Virus record (IMG/VR): IMGVR_UViG_3300042295_000748
Span: 1 to 37,023 of that record
Reading direction: 5' to 3' (one strand)
DNA length: 37,023 nucleotides
From: a virus
Taxonomy: Duplodnaviria > Caudoviricetes
In this document: positions 9,049-19,700 of the stretch, piece by piece
Layout: every line of letters starts with the position of its first letter
Numbering within the stretch: position 1 is the stretch's first letter
Notes under the pieces: generated by a model
Seen by the model: only the letters and a program-made list of their open reading frames with translations
The model's database searches: none
What the model was told of the DNA's origin: nothing
Position numbers and translations under genes: made by a program

Positions 9049-9290
9049 TCAACTACAAGGGCAACAAGTTCTCGGGCTACAACAAGCCCAAGCGCACGCC
9101 GGGCGAGAACAAGAAGTTCGCTGTCCTTGCCAAAGAAGGCGACAAGGTCGCTCTCGTGCGTTTCGGCGACCCGGACATGACGATCAAGAAGCACATCCCG
9201 GAGCGGCGTGCATCCTTCCGCGCCCGTCATGGTTGTGACGAGCCGGGCACCAAACTCTCCGCCAAGTTTTGGGCGTGTAAATCCTGGTAG
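9045..9290 (+). CDS. Small basic phage protein
   Basis: 81 aa; KKFAVLAK.GDKV.LVRFGD...RR.SFRARH.C...YW-like pattern recalled from aquatic phages; function unknown. Confidence 0.8.
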   Translation: MINYKGNKFSGYNKPKRTPGENKKFAVLAKEGDKVALVRFGDPDMTIKKHIPERRASFRARHGCDEPGTKLSAKFWACKSW

Positions 9291-9293
9291 CCA

Positions 9294-10220
9294 ATGAGAA
9301 CTGTCACCTACGACTACGTGCTGCAACGCGCCTGTGAGCTCACTGGGCGCGTTTTCTCCACTCTAACGACCGAGGAGTCCAACTTCTTCCGCACGTTCAT
9401 CTCCATGTCACTGCGGAGCGCCTGGGAGTGCTTCGATTGGCCCGAGCAGACGGTGTACGAGCAGCAGTACTTCGCGGCCGACTACAACCCGGCCCAGCTC
9501 TATTCAGCCGGCATGGTGGTCTACTTCAAGACCGAGCAGAAGTACTACCAGTACGTCGGCTCGATCAACTCCGGCAATCCCCCGACCACCGGAGGCCCTG
9601 GCGGCACGCTCAATGCCCAGTACTGGTCCGAGGCACTGCCCGACTACGGCAACAACGACGGCGACTGGGACGCAACGACTACCTACACCATCGGGCAGAT
9701 CATTCTCTACCCCGACACCCAGCGGCACTACCAGCTCTACGCCACGGCACCGGCCGGCACCGTCCCGACCAACTCGGTCTACTGGGGCGTGCTGAACAAG
9801 TTCCTGCGCAACATCTCGCAGACCAACAACCCCGACGGCACAACCCGGGCTGTCCCCATCGGCGAGACCTTCTCGGTCTGGCCAGCCGACCCTCGTGTCA
9901 CCTGGCGTCAGCAAGAGGTCACGTACACGTTCACCGATGACGGTGTGCTGGTTGGGAACGACCTCCCCTACGTCTGGCTGGAATTCCGCAAGACCCCACC
10001 GCTTCTGTCCAACTCCGCCGAGGCCACCGCCTACGCCTTCCCCTACCGCTTCTGCGAGATCTGTGCACTCAAGGCCGCCGGCCAGATGCTCCGGGTCGAC
10101 GGCAAGATCGACCTGGGCAACCAGTTCCTTGAGTTAGGAGAGGTTGAACTGACCAAGGAGATCGACAAGGTGGCGCTCCAGGAGAAATATGTCCGGCAGA
10201 TAATCGTACCGTCCCGGTGA
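9294..10220 (+). CDS. Putative head-tail adaptor with carbohydrate-binding-like inserts
   Basis: Helical N-terminus ending AWECFDWPE and C-terminal FPYRF...AAG..L as in adaptor proteins; two W/Y-x5-Y-x2-G-x2-V-x-Y repeats inside. Confidence 0.6.
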   Translation: MRTVTYDYVLQRACELTGRVFSTLTTEESNFFRTFISMSLRSAWECFDWPEQTVYEQQYFAADYNPAQLYSAGMVVYFKTEQKYYQYVGSINSGNPPTTGGPGGTLNAQYWSEALPDYGNNDGDWDATTTYTIGQIILYPDTQRHYQLYATAPAGTVPTNSVYWGVLNKFLRNISQTNNPDGTTRAVPIGETFSVWPADPRVTWRQQEVTYTFTDDGVLVGNDLPYVWLEFRKTPPLLSNSAEATAYAFPYRFCEICALKAAGQMLRVDGKIDLGNQFLELGEVELTKEIDKVALQEKYVRQIIVPSR

Positions 10221-10221
10221 T

Positions 10222-13041
10222 ATGCCTGACCTGCCTCAAATCGGTGCAATCGACGATGGATTCGTTGGAGTGGTATCGCGCATTGACCCTGCGCTGATCC
10301 CGGCCTCCTACGTTTCCAACGCCGTCAACCGACGCTTCGAGGATCAGGTCATCAAGAACCGCTGGGGCATTGTGCAGCCCAAGTGGGGCGGTAAATGGGA
10401 GTTGCTGAACCGCGTGGTGACGGTGACCTCCAACTCTGTTTCCACAGTCCCTGTCAGCGGCACGCCCATCCCTCAGAACGCAAGCATCTCCTCGGACCCA
10501 GTCGCCAACGTGCTGGTCTTTTCCAACGGCACCCGATGCCTCTTGGATGATGGGACCAACTGCGTGATGTCGACCGCAGCACTGGCTTTCACAGGGGCTC
10601 CGGTCAACCGCACCGTTCAGTTCTACAACCAGACGCTGCCCTTCGAGGACATCCTCGGCGTCCTGCCCTACCGCGACCCGGACACCGGGGCCAATGCACT
10701 TCTGGTGGCAGTCAACGAGGCACGGACCTCCGACGGTGGCCAGGGCAAGGTCTGGTGCATCCGGCCCAACCAGTCGCCCGTCGAGGTGCCCATGAACGGG
10801 CACGACATCTACCTGCCGGTGCGCCTCATCCAGGCCACCAACGGCGTGGTCATGCTGCGCCCGGGCAACGCCCGATACTACTTCTCAAGTGCCTCAGGAA
10901 TCTACGACAACATCCTGATGGAGAACGGGAGCAATATCCTGTGCGAGGACTCCACGGTGCTTTCGGACGAGGACTCCATACAGGTCAACCTAAACGTGGT
11001 GCCCGACCTTACCACGGGCGACATCGTGACCATCGGCGGTGTGGGCGACGTGGCTCCTCTGTGGACTGCGACACCGGGTTCTGGTCAAGGCTTCCAGTTC
11101 TTTGTCAACGTGGTCAACGAGGAGGTCTCGCTCCACCTGACATTGGTTGATGCTCGGGCCGGCACAAACGCCTTGCCGCTCAGTCCTGAGAACAACGCCC
11201 GGTACTACATTGAGCGCTCTGCCAACCTGACCGGCTACGATCTGGCGCAAGACATCGTCGACAACCTGAACGACGGGATGCCCATCCTGATGCAGGGCAA
11301 CGCCACGTTCCCGTCGGCGCTCGACGCCGGGTTCGACCGCATCCCGTCTACGCTGTCCATCGTTGGCTCTGACTCCACCGGAGACACGCTGACGGTCTAC
11401 AACCACAACTTCATCCCGGGCGACCAGGTCTCGATCTCGAACGTGGTTGGCAGCGCCACGGTCAACAACCAGATCTACTACGTCTACCCGGTCGACAACA
11501 ACACGCTGAAGCTCTTCAACGGCACGACCGAGGAGACCGACTCGCTGAACGACGCTGGTCGCGCCATCATCCAGCTCACGACCACCGGCACGTCGCCCAA
11601 CATCACGATCAGCGCGGTCACGATCCTCAATCAGGGCTCCGGCTACCTCTCGGCCCCTGTGATCACGGTCTCCGGCACACACAGCGTGGCCGCCAGCCTA
11701 ACCGCCACGGTCACTAATGGGATCGTCAGTTCGGTGACCATCGTCAACGGCGGCACCTACTCGACCACACCCACCGCCTCGGTGGCCATGCCCTCCACGC
11801 TGGTCGACGTGGACAACAACAACATCACCGGCAGCATCAAGCGCTCGAGCGCTTCCGGTTCCTCGGTGCCCCCGGGTCGCGAGGGCCTGTACTTCCAGAA
11901 CCGCCTGCTGCTGCTCTACGGCAACGACTACCTGGCCGTCTCCGACGTGCTGGACCCGCTGCACTACAGCCCGGTGCTCAACGAGTTCAAGCTCAACACC
12001 GGCAGCAATGACCGCGTGGTGGCACTGTACCCGTTCAACACCACCACGCTGCTGGTCTTCAAGGAACGCTCGGTGCTGGCTGTGGAGAACCTCTACGGCG
12101 ACCTGTCGACCACCCGGCTGACCGAGATCACCCGGGAGTTCGGCTGCGTGTCTCAGGCTTCCATCGCAGGCACGGGCTCCGACGTCATCTTCCTCTCCCA
12201 ACGCGGCATAATCAGCCTGCGCCAGACCGAGTTTGGCATCAGCCAGTCGGTGGTTCTGCCCCTCTCCGATCAGATCCAGAACATCGTCGACGACATCGAC
12301 CAGGCCTACTGGGGCAATGCCTGTGCGACCTACTTCGCCAACCGCTACATCCTGAGCGTGCCCGTCGAGGGTGGTGACGGCAGCAACCAGCGCACGCTGG
12401 TCTACAACTTCCTGAACAAGGCCTGGGAAGGCTACTGGGAGGGCTCTCTACTTGTTCCGCGGTTCTGGTGCCGTGTCATCGTAGCAGGCACCGACACGCT
12501 CTGCTGGGCCGATGAGAGTGGTCTGATCCACCAGTTCGACCCGCTCGGTCTCGTGGACGTCAACCTGGCCGGAAACCTGATCCAGATGTCGACCGAGGTT
12601 CGTTTCCGCGGCTACACCGGGGAGGACAACGTCGACCACAAGCAGTGGACCGACATTCAGTTCGAGTTGGGCAACTGGAACACCCGCTATTCCATCACCG
12701 CGCAGTTCGACGGTGTGAACGAGTCCTATGTGGTCGCCACCGACCAGACCAAGGATCGCACGGTCTACTACACCTACGGCAGCGGCACCTACAACACCAA
12801 CAACACCGCCGACAACTTCCTGGCCCCGTACCGCGAGGACTACTCGGTGACCACCCAGTTCCGATGCGGCAACAACGGCTGGAAGGCCGGCCTGCACCAG
12901 TTCTTCAGCCACAAGGCCCGCCTGCGCAAGCACTCGGCTTCTGTGCAGCCCCTGATCACCACCGACCAGGGCTCCCTCGACATCTACAGCGCCAAGGTCA
13001 TCGGCATCGCATTCCGACTCTACGGCAAGAACGACGTCTAA
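10222..13041 (+). CDS. Putative tail hub/nozzle (P22 gp10- or T7 gp12-like) with inserted domains
   Basis: DDGFVGV N-terminus, YFQNRL, SDVLD, LLVFKERS, FGCVS, VIFLSQRGI, PLSDQI, LVYNFLNKAW beta-propeller motifs; central GSGY...P Ig-like insert. Confidence 0.7.
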   Translation: MPDLPQIGAIDDGFVGVVSRIDPALIPASYVSNAVNRRFEDQVIKNRWGIVQPKWGGKWELLNRVVTVTSNSVSTVPVSGTPIPQNASISSDPVANVLVFSNGTRCLLDDGTNCVMSTAALAFTGAPVNRTVQFYNQTLPFEDILGVLPYRDPDTGANALLVAVNEARTSDGGQGKVWCIRPNQSPVEVPMNGHDIYLPVRLIQATNGVVMLRPGNARYYFSSASGIYDNILMENGSNILCEDSTVLSDEDSIQVNLNVVPDLTTGDIVTIGGVGDVAPLWTATPGSGQGFQFFVNVVNEEVSLHLTLVDARAGTNALPLSPENNARYYIERSANLTGYDLAQDIVDNLNDGMPILMQGNATFPSALDAGFDRIPSTLSIVGSDSTGDTLTVYNHNFIPGDQVSISNVVGSATVNNQIYYVYPVDNNTLKLFNGTTEETDSLNDAGRAIIQLTTTGTSPNITISAVTILNQGSGYLSAPVITVSGTHSVAASLTATVTNGIVSSVTIVNGGTYSTTPTASVAMPSTLVDVDNNNITGSIKRSSASGSSVPPGREGLYFQNRLLLLYGNDYLAVSDVLDPLHYSPVLNEFKLNTGSNDRVVALYPFNTTTLLVFKERSVLAVENLYGDLSTTRLTEITREFGCVSQASIAGTGSDVIFLSQRGIISLRQTEFGISQSVVLPLSDQIQNIVDDIDQAYWGNACATYFANRYILSVPVEGGDGSNQRTLVYNFLNKAWEGYWEGSLLVPRFWCRVIVAGTDTLCWADESGLIHQFDPLGLVDVNLAGNLIQMSTEVRFRGYTGEDNVDHKQWTDIQFELGNWNTRYSITAQFDGVNESYVVATDQTKDRTVYYTYGSGTYNTNNTADNFLAPYREDYSVTTQFRCGNNGWKAGLHQFFSHKARLRKHSASVQPLITTDQGSLDIYSAKVIGIAFRLYGKNDV

Positions 13042-13047
13042 ACCACC

Positions 13048-13953
13048 ATGCCACTCTTTGTAACTGTCACCCCGGGCACCACGGTCAGCTCAACCACCAC
13101 GCTGTCGGCCTCGACGCTCAACCTCCTGGGCACGCCCAGCATCGACATCACCGGCTCGGTCGACGGCGGCACGCTCTCGGTGGCCGATGGTTCGCTCGGG
13201 TTATCAAAGTTCTCCGCAATCACTGGAAGCCGACTCATTGGCAATGGTAGCCCGGTATCAGCCTACCCTACGGAGCTTGCATCCACTGACCTAGCCTTTG
13301 CGCCCGGCACGATCAACATCGGCACCGGGGCTGTGACCACCGCCAAGCTGGCCGACTCCTCGTCAACCACCACCGGCGTCACCTACGCCAAGATCCAACA
13401 CGTCACCGATGCTCGTCTGATCGGTCGATCTTCTGGCACCAACGGCGTCGCCCAGGAGATCACGGTCGGGTCCGGGCTGTCACTGGCCAGCGGTGCGCTG
13501 ACCAACGGCATCCTGCGGTGGACCACTAGCGCCAAGAGTATTCCGCTGATTGCTTCCGGCAGCCAGGCCGTTCAATGGCTGACCACTTCAACGGAGCTGC
13601 CATCGCTGTCGGTTGCGCCTCAGATGGTGCGTGTGGTCCTGGAATGCTTCACCAACGACGGCCCGTTCGTTGATGGCGACGAGGTGGACATCCAGAGCGT
13701 TGTGATGCAGGGGTTCCAGAATAACTTCCCAATTTTCAACTACGTCCCAACGGTTTCATCTGGAGTTGTTTCCGGTTCCAATATTTTCCTGAATGTCTGG
13801 TTCAGCAGCCAGACCCCGGGCAACCCAACGCCTTTTGCGTCGGCTTCAACCTCTCGGCTTTTTGTTCTAACAAGCGCCGGCGCCTACCAGGAACTGACCC
13901 GCGCCAACTGGAAGGTCAAAGCCTACCTGCTCTACGCACCTACCTGGGCATGA
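13048..13953 (+). CDS. Tail needle/fibre-like protein
   Basis: S/T-rich; AVTTAKLAD and VTYAKIQ repeats also found in the large tail fibre. Confidence 0.6.
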   Translation: MPLFVTVTPGTTVSSTTTLSASTLNLLGTPSIDITGSVDGGTLSVADGSLGLSKFSAITGSRLIGNGSPVSAYPTELASTDLAFAPGTINIGTGAVTTAKLADSSSTTTGVTYAKIQHVTDARLIGRSSGTNGVAQEITVGSGLSLASGALTNGILRWTTSAKSIPLIASGSQAVQWLTTSTELPSLSVAPQMVRVVLECFTNDGPFVDGDEVDIQSVVMQGFQNNFPIFNYVPTVSSGVVSGSNIFLNVWFSSQTPGNPTPFASASTSRLFVLTSAGAYQELTRANWKVKAYLLYAPTWA

Positions 13954-14354
13954 TCCCCCAGATCACAGACTACCTGCTGCACAAGCTCCCGGACAGCTTC
14001 AAAGGCTGGACCCGTGAGGCCGTCGAGGACTACGTCATGTTCCACGCAGAGCAAGGCACGCTCAAGATCGCCACCCAGGACGACCATGTGGTCGGTGTGC
14101 TGGTAGGCTGGCGTCAGACGGGTCCAGAGCCTAAGGCCTGGGAGTGGCAGAAGTCCGACCCCAATGGCGACTACTGGTACTGGCATCAATTCGCCGCGGA
14201 TTGCGCGGTATTCGCCATGGCGGTGGCGGCTAAGTTCTTCCATGACCGACCGGAGGCTGCAATCCTCCCGGCTATCGGCTATCGCAACGGCAAACTGACC
14301 ATCTTCAAGAAAGGCTCGATGCCGATCTACCGGGTGGCCTCCAAAATGATATGA
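13950..14354 (+). CDS. Hypothetical protein, possibly GNAT-like virion assembly factor
   Basis: 134 aa just before the ejection-type genes, the position of P22 gp14 / T7 gp13; DDHVVGVLVGW strand pattern. Confidence 0.5.
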   Translation: MIPQITDYLLHKLPDSFKGWTREAVEDYVMFHAEQGTLKIATQDDHVVGVLVGWRQTGPEPKAWEWQKSDPNGDYWYWHQFAADCAVFAMAVAAKFFHDRPEAAILPAIGYRNGKLTIFKKGSMPIYRVASKMI

Positions 14355-15172
14355 CAGTCGACGCACCAGCACCACGCAACTACGCCCAAGAGACCGCGGA
14401 CACGCTTCGCACCCAGCTCGAGCTGGCACCCGAGCGATACGCTGCGGAGGCTCAGTTCGCGCCTAGGTATCAGGCACTGCAGCTCGACCTACTGCGCCAG
14501 GCTACTCCCGAGCTCCTGGCACTCTACCGCGATCAGATCGCGCCCACCATGGGCGAGGTCGAGGCGGCCGCCCGCTCCCGCTCCCGGGCCGGTGACATTG
14601 CCGACATTGCGCGGCTCGGCCCTCAAGCCCGCGAGGCTATGCGCGGTGCAGCCCCTGAGCAGACCCAGATCGCCGACATCCTTGCCCAGAACGCGACCTC
14701 CAATCTCCTTGCCGGCTCCCGGCTGACCCCGGAGCAGCAGCGGATGGCGCAGCAGCAGGCCCGCGTAGCCTCTTCGGCCCGTGGCATGGCCCAGGGACCG
14801 CAGGCTGCCTTTCAGGAAGCCCTGCGCTCCCAGCTCATGGGCGCAGGTATTCAACAGCAGCGCCAGCAGCAGGCCATGGGTGCGTTGCAGGCCGGCCAGG
14901 GCGTCTACGGCGACGTGTTCCAGCAGGTGCTCGGGCGTCCCTCACAGGCCTTCGCCGGTTCTCAAGGTTTCCTCGGGCAGGCGCAGGGCTTCAACCCGGG
15001 CCAACTCTTCAACCCAGAGAGCGCCTACGCTGCAAACCTGTTTGGCGGAAACCAGCAGACCCAGATGGCGGCAAATGCTGCCGGGGCGTCTGCCACCTCG
15101 GGGCTTATCGGAGCCGGCCTTGGCGCAATCGGATCTATTGGCGGTGGTGCTCTGGCTGGTCGAGGTCGGTAA
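14351..15172 (+). CDS. Putative ejection (DNA transfer) protein 1
   Basis: A/Q-rich helical protein with Gly-rich hydrophobic C-terminus GLIGAGLGAIGSIGGG. Confidence 0.65.
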   Translation: MTVDAPAPRNYAQETADTLRTQLELAPERYAAEAQFAPRYQALQLDLLRQATPELLALYRDQIAPTMGEVEAAARSRSRAGDIADIARLGPQAREAMRGAAPEQTQIADILAQNATSNLLAGSRLTPEQQRMAQQQARVASSARGMAQGPQAAFQEALRSQLMGAGIQQQRQQQAMGALQAGQGVYGDVFQQVLGRPSQAFAGSQGFLGQAQGFNPGQLFNPESAYAANLFGGNQQTQMAANAAGASATSGLIGAGLGAIGSIGGGALAGRGR

Positions 15173-15184
15173 CTCTTAAAGAAT

Positions 15185-16714
15185 ATGGCTCAATACGGCT
15201 ATTCAGCAGGCTACCAGGGCGGCGGACCTTCCGCCGTGCCTTCCGGCTTCATCGAGGCCTACGCCCAGTCCGGCCGGAACATCGGCGCTGGTATCCAGCA
15301 GATCGGCAATGCCATCGGCGAGTCGCTGCAGCGCTATGGCCAGAACAAGCAGGAGAACGAGTTCCTGCAGACCCGGCTCGAATCGCTGGCCCCGTATTTG
15401 AACACCGTTGCCCAGAGCGGCAACATCATGGACAAGAACAGCGCGGAGTCGAAGCTGCTCGGCGACATCGAGAAGTTCTCGTCGATGTCCATCCCGCAGA
15501 AGAAGGCCACGCTGCTCAATGCCGAGTTCTTCCTAGATCGGGCCGACAAGCAGCGTGCGAGGGAGATTCAAGATATTCAGGCCGAGGCCGCCCGCTTTAA
15601 CCTGCAGACAGCGCAAGGTGCCGAGGCACGACGCCTTGGGCTCGAGCAGGCAATCTCTCAGGTTGCCCAGCTTCCGGCCACGCAGGAAGTCACAGTGCCC
15701 GCACCTCCGGCAATCATCAGCAGCAGCCTGAACATTCCCGCGGAGCAGCAGCCCTACACCCCGTTCTACCAGGTGCAGCAGATCCCGGGCGGCACAATCC
15801 AGCAGCCTCCGGCTCCGCAGGCTCCGCAAGGTCCGACCTTTGGCGGAATGCGCTTCGGCGGTGCCGATCAGTATACCATGGGCCTCGGGCGCAACATCAT
15901 GCCCATCCCGACTGGCACCAACCGCTCGCAGTTCACGCCTTCCGCACAAGTTCAGGCAGCCCCGCCTGCCGGTATCGCGCCCATCCCGCAGCGTGAGGTC
16001 CCGGCTTTCGAGTCGCAGCCCATCCAACGCACGGTTACCGAGACCCAGCCGGTCGGCTACCAGGACCGCTTCAAACAGGCGGTCGACGTGTTCCAGCGCC
16101 TAGGTGCTCCGATCAACCCGGATGCCATCAGGAGCGTGCTGGAGGCCACCGGAACGCCTCGGCCCATTCAGGTCGACACCCAGACTCTGCCCGGCGGCAT
16201 CACCGTGGTGCGTGCGGACGGCAAGGTGGATATCCTGCCTGCTCCCAAGATGGTCGAAGGCAAGGACCTGACCGAGGGGCAGTCCAACTCGCTGGGCTTT
16301 GCTTCGCGCATGATGCTCAACGAGGGCACGATCAATGACGTGGTGGGCCGCGGTTATCGCCCTGGTGGCCTAACTGAGTTTGGCTTCACCCCAGAGCGTC
16401 TGCGTTCCGACGACCGCAAGATCTACGACGCCGCCAAGGAAAACTGGATTGCTGCTGCCCTGCGCAAGGAGTCCGGTGCTGCCATCGGCAAGGACGAGTA
16501 TTCCGCCGCAGATCGTCAATACTTCCCGCAACCCGGCGACAGCGACAAGGTGCTCAAGCAGAAGGCAACCCTGCGCTCGACCGTCTTCAAGTCCATGAAG
16601 GCCGGCATCGGTCGGTTCGCTGACGACTACCTGCGCCAGATGGGCGTCGGTCAGGAAACCCAACCCCAAGGCGGCGTCCGTAAATACAATCCCGTCACGA
16701 AGCGCATCGAGTAA
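15185..16714 (+). CDS. Putative ejection protein 2
   Basis: IGAGIQQIGNAIG N-terminus, P/Q-rich middle, C-terminal LTEGQ...LRKESGAAI...YFPQPGDS domain. Confidence 0.65.
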   Translation: MAQYGYSAGYQGGGPSAVPSGFIEAYAQSGRNIGAGIQQIGNAIGESLQRYGQNKQENEFLQTRLESLAPYLNTVAQSGNIMDKNSAESKLLGDIEKFSSMSIPQKKATLLNAEFFLDRADKQRAREIQDIQAEAARFNLQTAQGAEARRLGLEQAISQVAQLPATQEVTVPAPPAIISSSLNIPAEQQPYTPFYQVQQIPGGTIQQPPAPQAPQGPTFGGMRFGGADQYTMGLGRNIMPIPTGTNRSQFTPSAQVQAAPPAGIAPIPQREVPAFESQPIQRTVTETQPVGYQDRFKQAVDVFQRLGAPINPDAIRSVLEATGTPRPIQVDTQTLPGGITVVRADGKVDILPAPKMVEGKDLTEGQSNSLGFASRMMLNEGTINDVVGRGYRPGGLTEFGFTPERLRSDDRKIYDAAKENWIAAALRKESGAAIGKDEYSAADRQYFPQPGDSDKVLKQKATLRSTVFKSMKAGIGRFADDYLRQMGVGQETQPQGGVRKYNPVTKRIE

Positions 16715-16716
16715 TT

Positions 16717-19700
16717 ATGCCATACCAGATCCAGGTCGGCTCTCAGGTTGTCGAGTTCCCTGATTCCGTTGGCCAGGATGAGGCCCAGCGGATTTTGTCC
16801 GAGCAGTTCCCAGCCACTGGCGAGGACATTGCCGGTGCCATGCAGGACCCGGCCTACAAGCCCTCGGTCGACGACTACCTCAAGTTCGAGCAGTACTCCA
16901 AGACCAAGCAGACCGACTGGATCAACACCATCGCGCAGTCGGTGGATGCTGCCGCCGGCCTGATCGGTGGCGCGATCTCCGAGGGGGCACAGGGTGCTGT
17001 TGCCAACCCGCTCAACTACATTGAAGGCGCAGCCCAAGGCACCCGGCAGCTCTACGGCCTGGTCGCACAGTCTCAGGACCCGGCCTCGCCGCTCTTCAAG
17101 TTCAAGGACCTCGTCGCAGGCACAGGCACCGCGGAGTCCCGCTACAATCAGTTCCTCGAGGCCCGCGACTTCGCCAACACCACCGCACGCCTCGAACGCG
17201 GCGAGGAAGGCATTGTTGTCCCGCCTGAATACACCAACCCGGAGTTTGTTCAGGGCGTGTCCATGATCCTTGACCCGACGCTGGCTCTCCCCGGTATCGG
17301 CGAGATCATCGGCGCAGGTAAGCTCGCCACCCGTGCTGTCGGCAAAGGCGCTCAACTCACCGGACGTGCCGTTGCCGGCGTTGCAATGCCTCTGGAACGC
17401 GTTGCAGGTGCTGCCGAGCGCATGACAGCGGAAGCACTTGGAATGGCTCCTGAGGCACTCCGTAACACCGCGGCGACTGCTGGTCTTGCCGGTGCCCTCG
17501 GAATTGCCCCGGAGGCCGCTGCCTTCGCTGCCATCCCCGCAGGTATCCGTACCGCACGCGAGGCCGGCGAGGCCCTGACCCGTGCCGGCGAGAACCTGAT
17601 GACCCAGCCTTCGCGCATCGGGCCTCTTGAGGCTATCGGGGCTGCCCCGGGTGCCAACCTGCGCCAGCGTATGCTCGGTGTGGTCGGGCAGTATGGTGGG
17701 GACGCTGCCTTGGATGCCTCGCTGCGGGGTATTGCCGGAGGAATCGAAGGCGCTGCAGTTGGTGCAGGCTTGGGCTTTTTGTCAGGCGGCGAGGAAGGTG
17801 CGGCCGCCGGCCTTGGATCTGGCCTTGCCCAGGGCGCAGCCGGTGCCCTCGGTGCCCGCGGCTTCGAGCGGCTCACAGGCAAAGCCGCCAAGGAGGCCCG
17901 TGCCGGCGACCTCGGGCGATTCATCGACGCCCAGCAGGATCCGACGACCAAGGCGCTGTTTGAGCGTGTCAGAGACCAACACGGCGTCGATACGGCCTCG
18001 GCACTGATGGACGTCGAAGGACTGGTCAAAGGTCGGTTTGGCGATGTTGACGTAAAGTACCTTTCAGACACTGACTTTGTTGATCAGTACAAGGGCCGTG
18101 CCCGTGGTGTTCAGGTTGAGATTGGAGACCGCCCGACCATTGTCATCAATGCCGACATCCTCGGAAAAGGCAAAGGCGACAGCCCGTTGTACACTCTCGG
18201 ACATGAGCTGTTCCATGCTCTCGAAAAGAGCGAGCAGCTCGCAGGCGGTGCAACTGAGATCAAGAACGCTCTTGTCGGACGCTGGGTTCAGGAAGGCGAC
18301 ATCACCCGCAAGCTGGCCGAGGGCGCTTTCAATGACGCCGAGATCGAGGCCCGCTTCAACCAGTACCGCGACAAATTGGGTGCTGGCAGCCCGGAGCGTG
18401 CCGACCAGCTCGCCCAGTACGACACCATCGACAAGAAAGCTGGCTATGTGGCCTCGGAGCTGGCCGCTGAACACTTTGCAGCACTGATTGCTGGTCAGAA
18501 GCCGGACGCCATGCTCAAGGGCTTCTCAGGCCTCACCAGACAGCTTCTGGATGCCGCACTGACGCAGAACGCCAGCAAGGCCATCGCAAACGCTGCTGCG
18601 TCGATTGAGCGCACGTTTGGCGTGAAGCCGACTGACTCAGTCCTGTTTCCGGATCTCAAGCAGGCCTCGCCTCAGGTGAATGCCATGCTGCGCGACTTGG
18701 TGCGTGCCCGTCGCAAGCTGGACGAGAAGATCATGCTCGATGACAGCCGCGGTGGCCGCGTGCTGAAGCCGGAGGACGTTTCCAACCCGTTGGCAGCAAA
18801 GGAACTGGTCGACCTTGGGTTGGCCGAGCAGATGCCCGATGGCAGCATCAGGAACCTTTCCAGCGAAGAGATCCGAGCACGCGACGACAAGGATTTGACC
18901 TCGTTGCGATCCATCACCGAGAAGATACCGGGGGCTCGGATGGTCGACGGTGAAATCACCGGCAGGTTCAGTCCGGATCAGCTCAGTGCCATCGAGCAAT
19001 CCCAGACGATCAGCTCTCGGATGAAGGACAAGATCCGAGCAGTCAATCTGGCAATCGAGAACGGCAACAGCCTATTCGTCACCTACTTCGCCGCACTTCG
19101 ACGAGTGAGGAACAAGCTCACCAAGAAGTACTCTCCGAAGTACGACAGTGGCATTCGTGTCAGCGAGCGCGAGTTCTCTCCGTACAGCTTCAAGATCACA
19201 AAGGCTGACAACCCGGTGGTCAACGCCATCGACATCACCAAGGTCCGAAACGAACTCAGCAAGCTGCTGAAGAAGGATGGCAGCATCGGTGGCCTGTGGA
19301 GCAACACAGATGGGTTTATGACCGATCTGGCGAGGTACTTCACCAACCTCGACCAGAAGGAAGGTGCTCGCCGTTCTGCGGAGATCTTCGGAGTTGAGAA
19401 GGCCAAGTTCCTCGGTGACTTCGTGGGCGCTGCTGAGAAAGGCGGAAGCAAGTTCGTTCGCAGTTTCCGGCTGGATCGTGTTGGCTCGATGTCTCCGATG
19501 GACTTCAAAGCGAAGTTTTCCGAGGAAGCCTATCAGCTCTCGAAGCAGCGCTGGATGCCTGCCGAGACCATCGGCGACAAATCGGTCATCAACTCCGACG
19601 AGGGCTACCGCATCATCAGCGGTGCCAAGCACAAGCTCTACAGTCCCGATGGAAAGCTCATCGGAATCTACGACACCCAAACCCAAGCAGAAAGGAAAGC

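Noticed and set aside
15840-16103. Alternative-frame ORF in the P/Q-rich part of ejection protein 2
   Set aside because: S/R/P-rich frameshift-like composition, TTG start, no codon-bias support, unlike the two nested ORFs in the giant gene.
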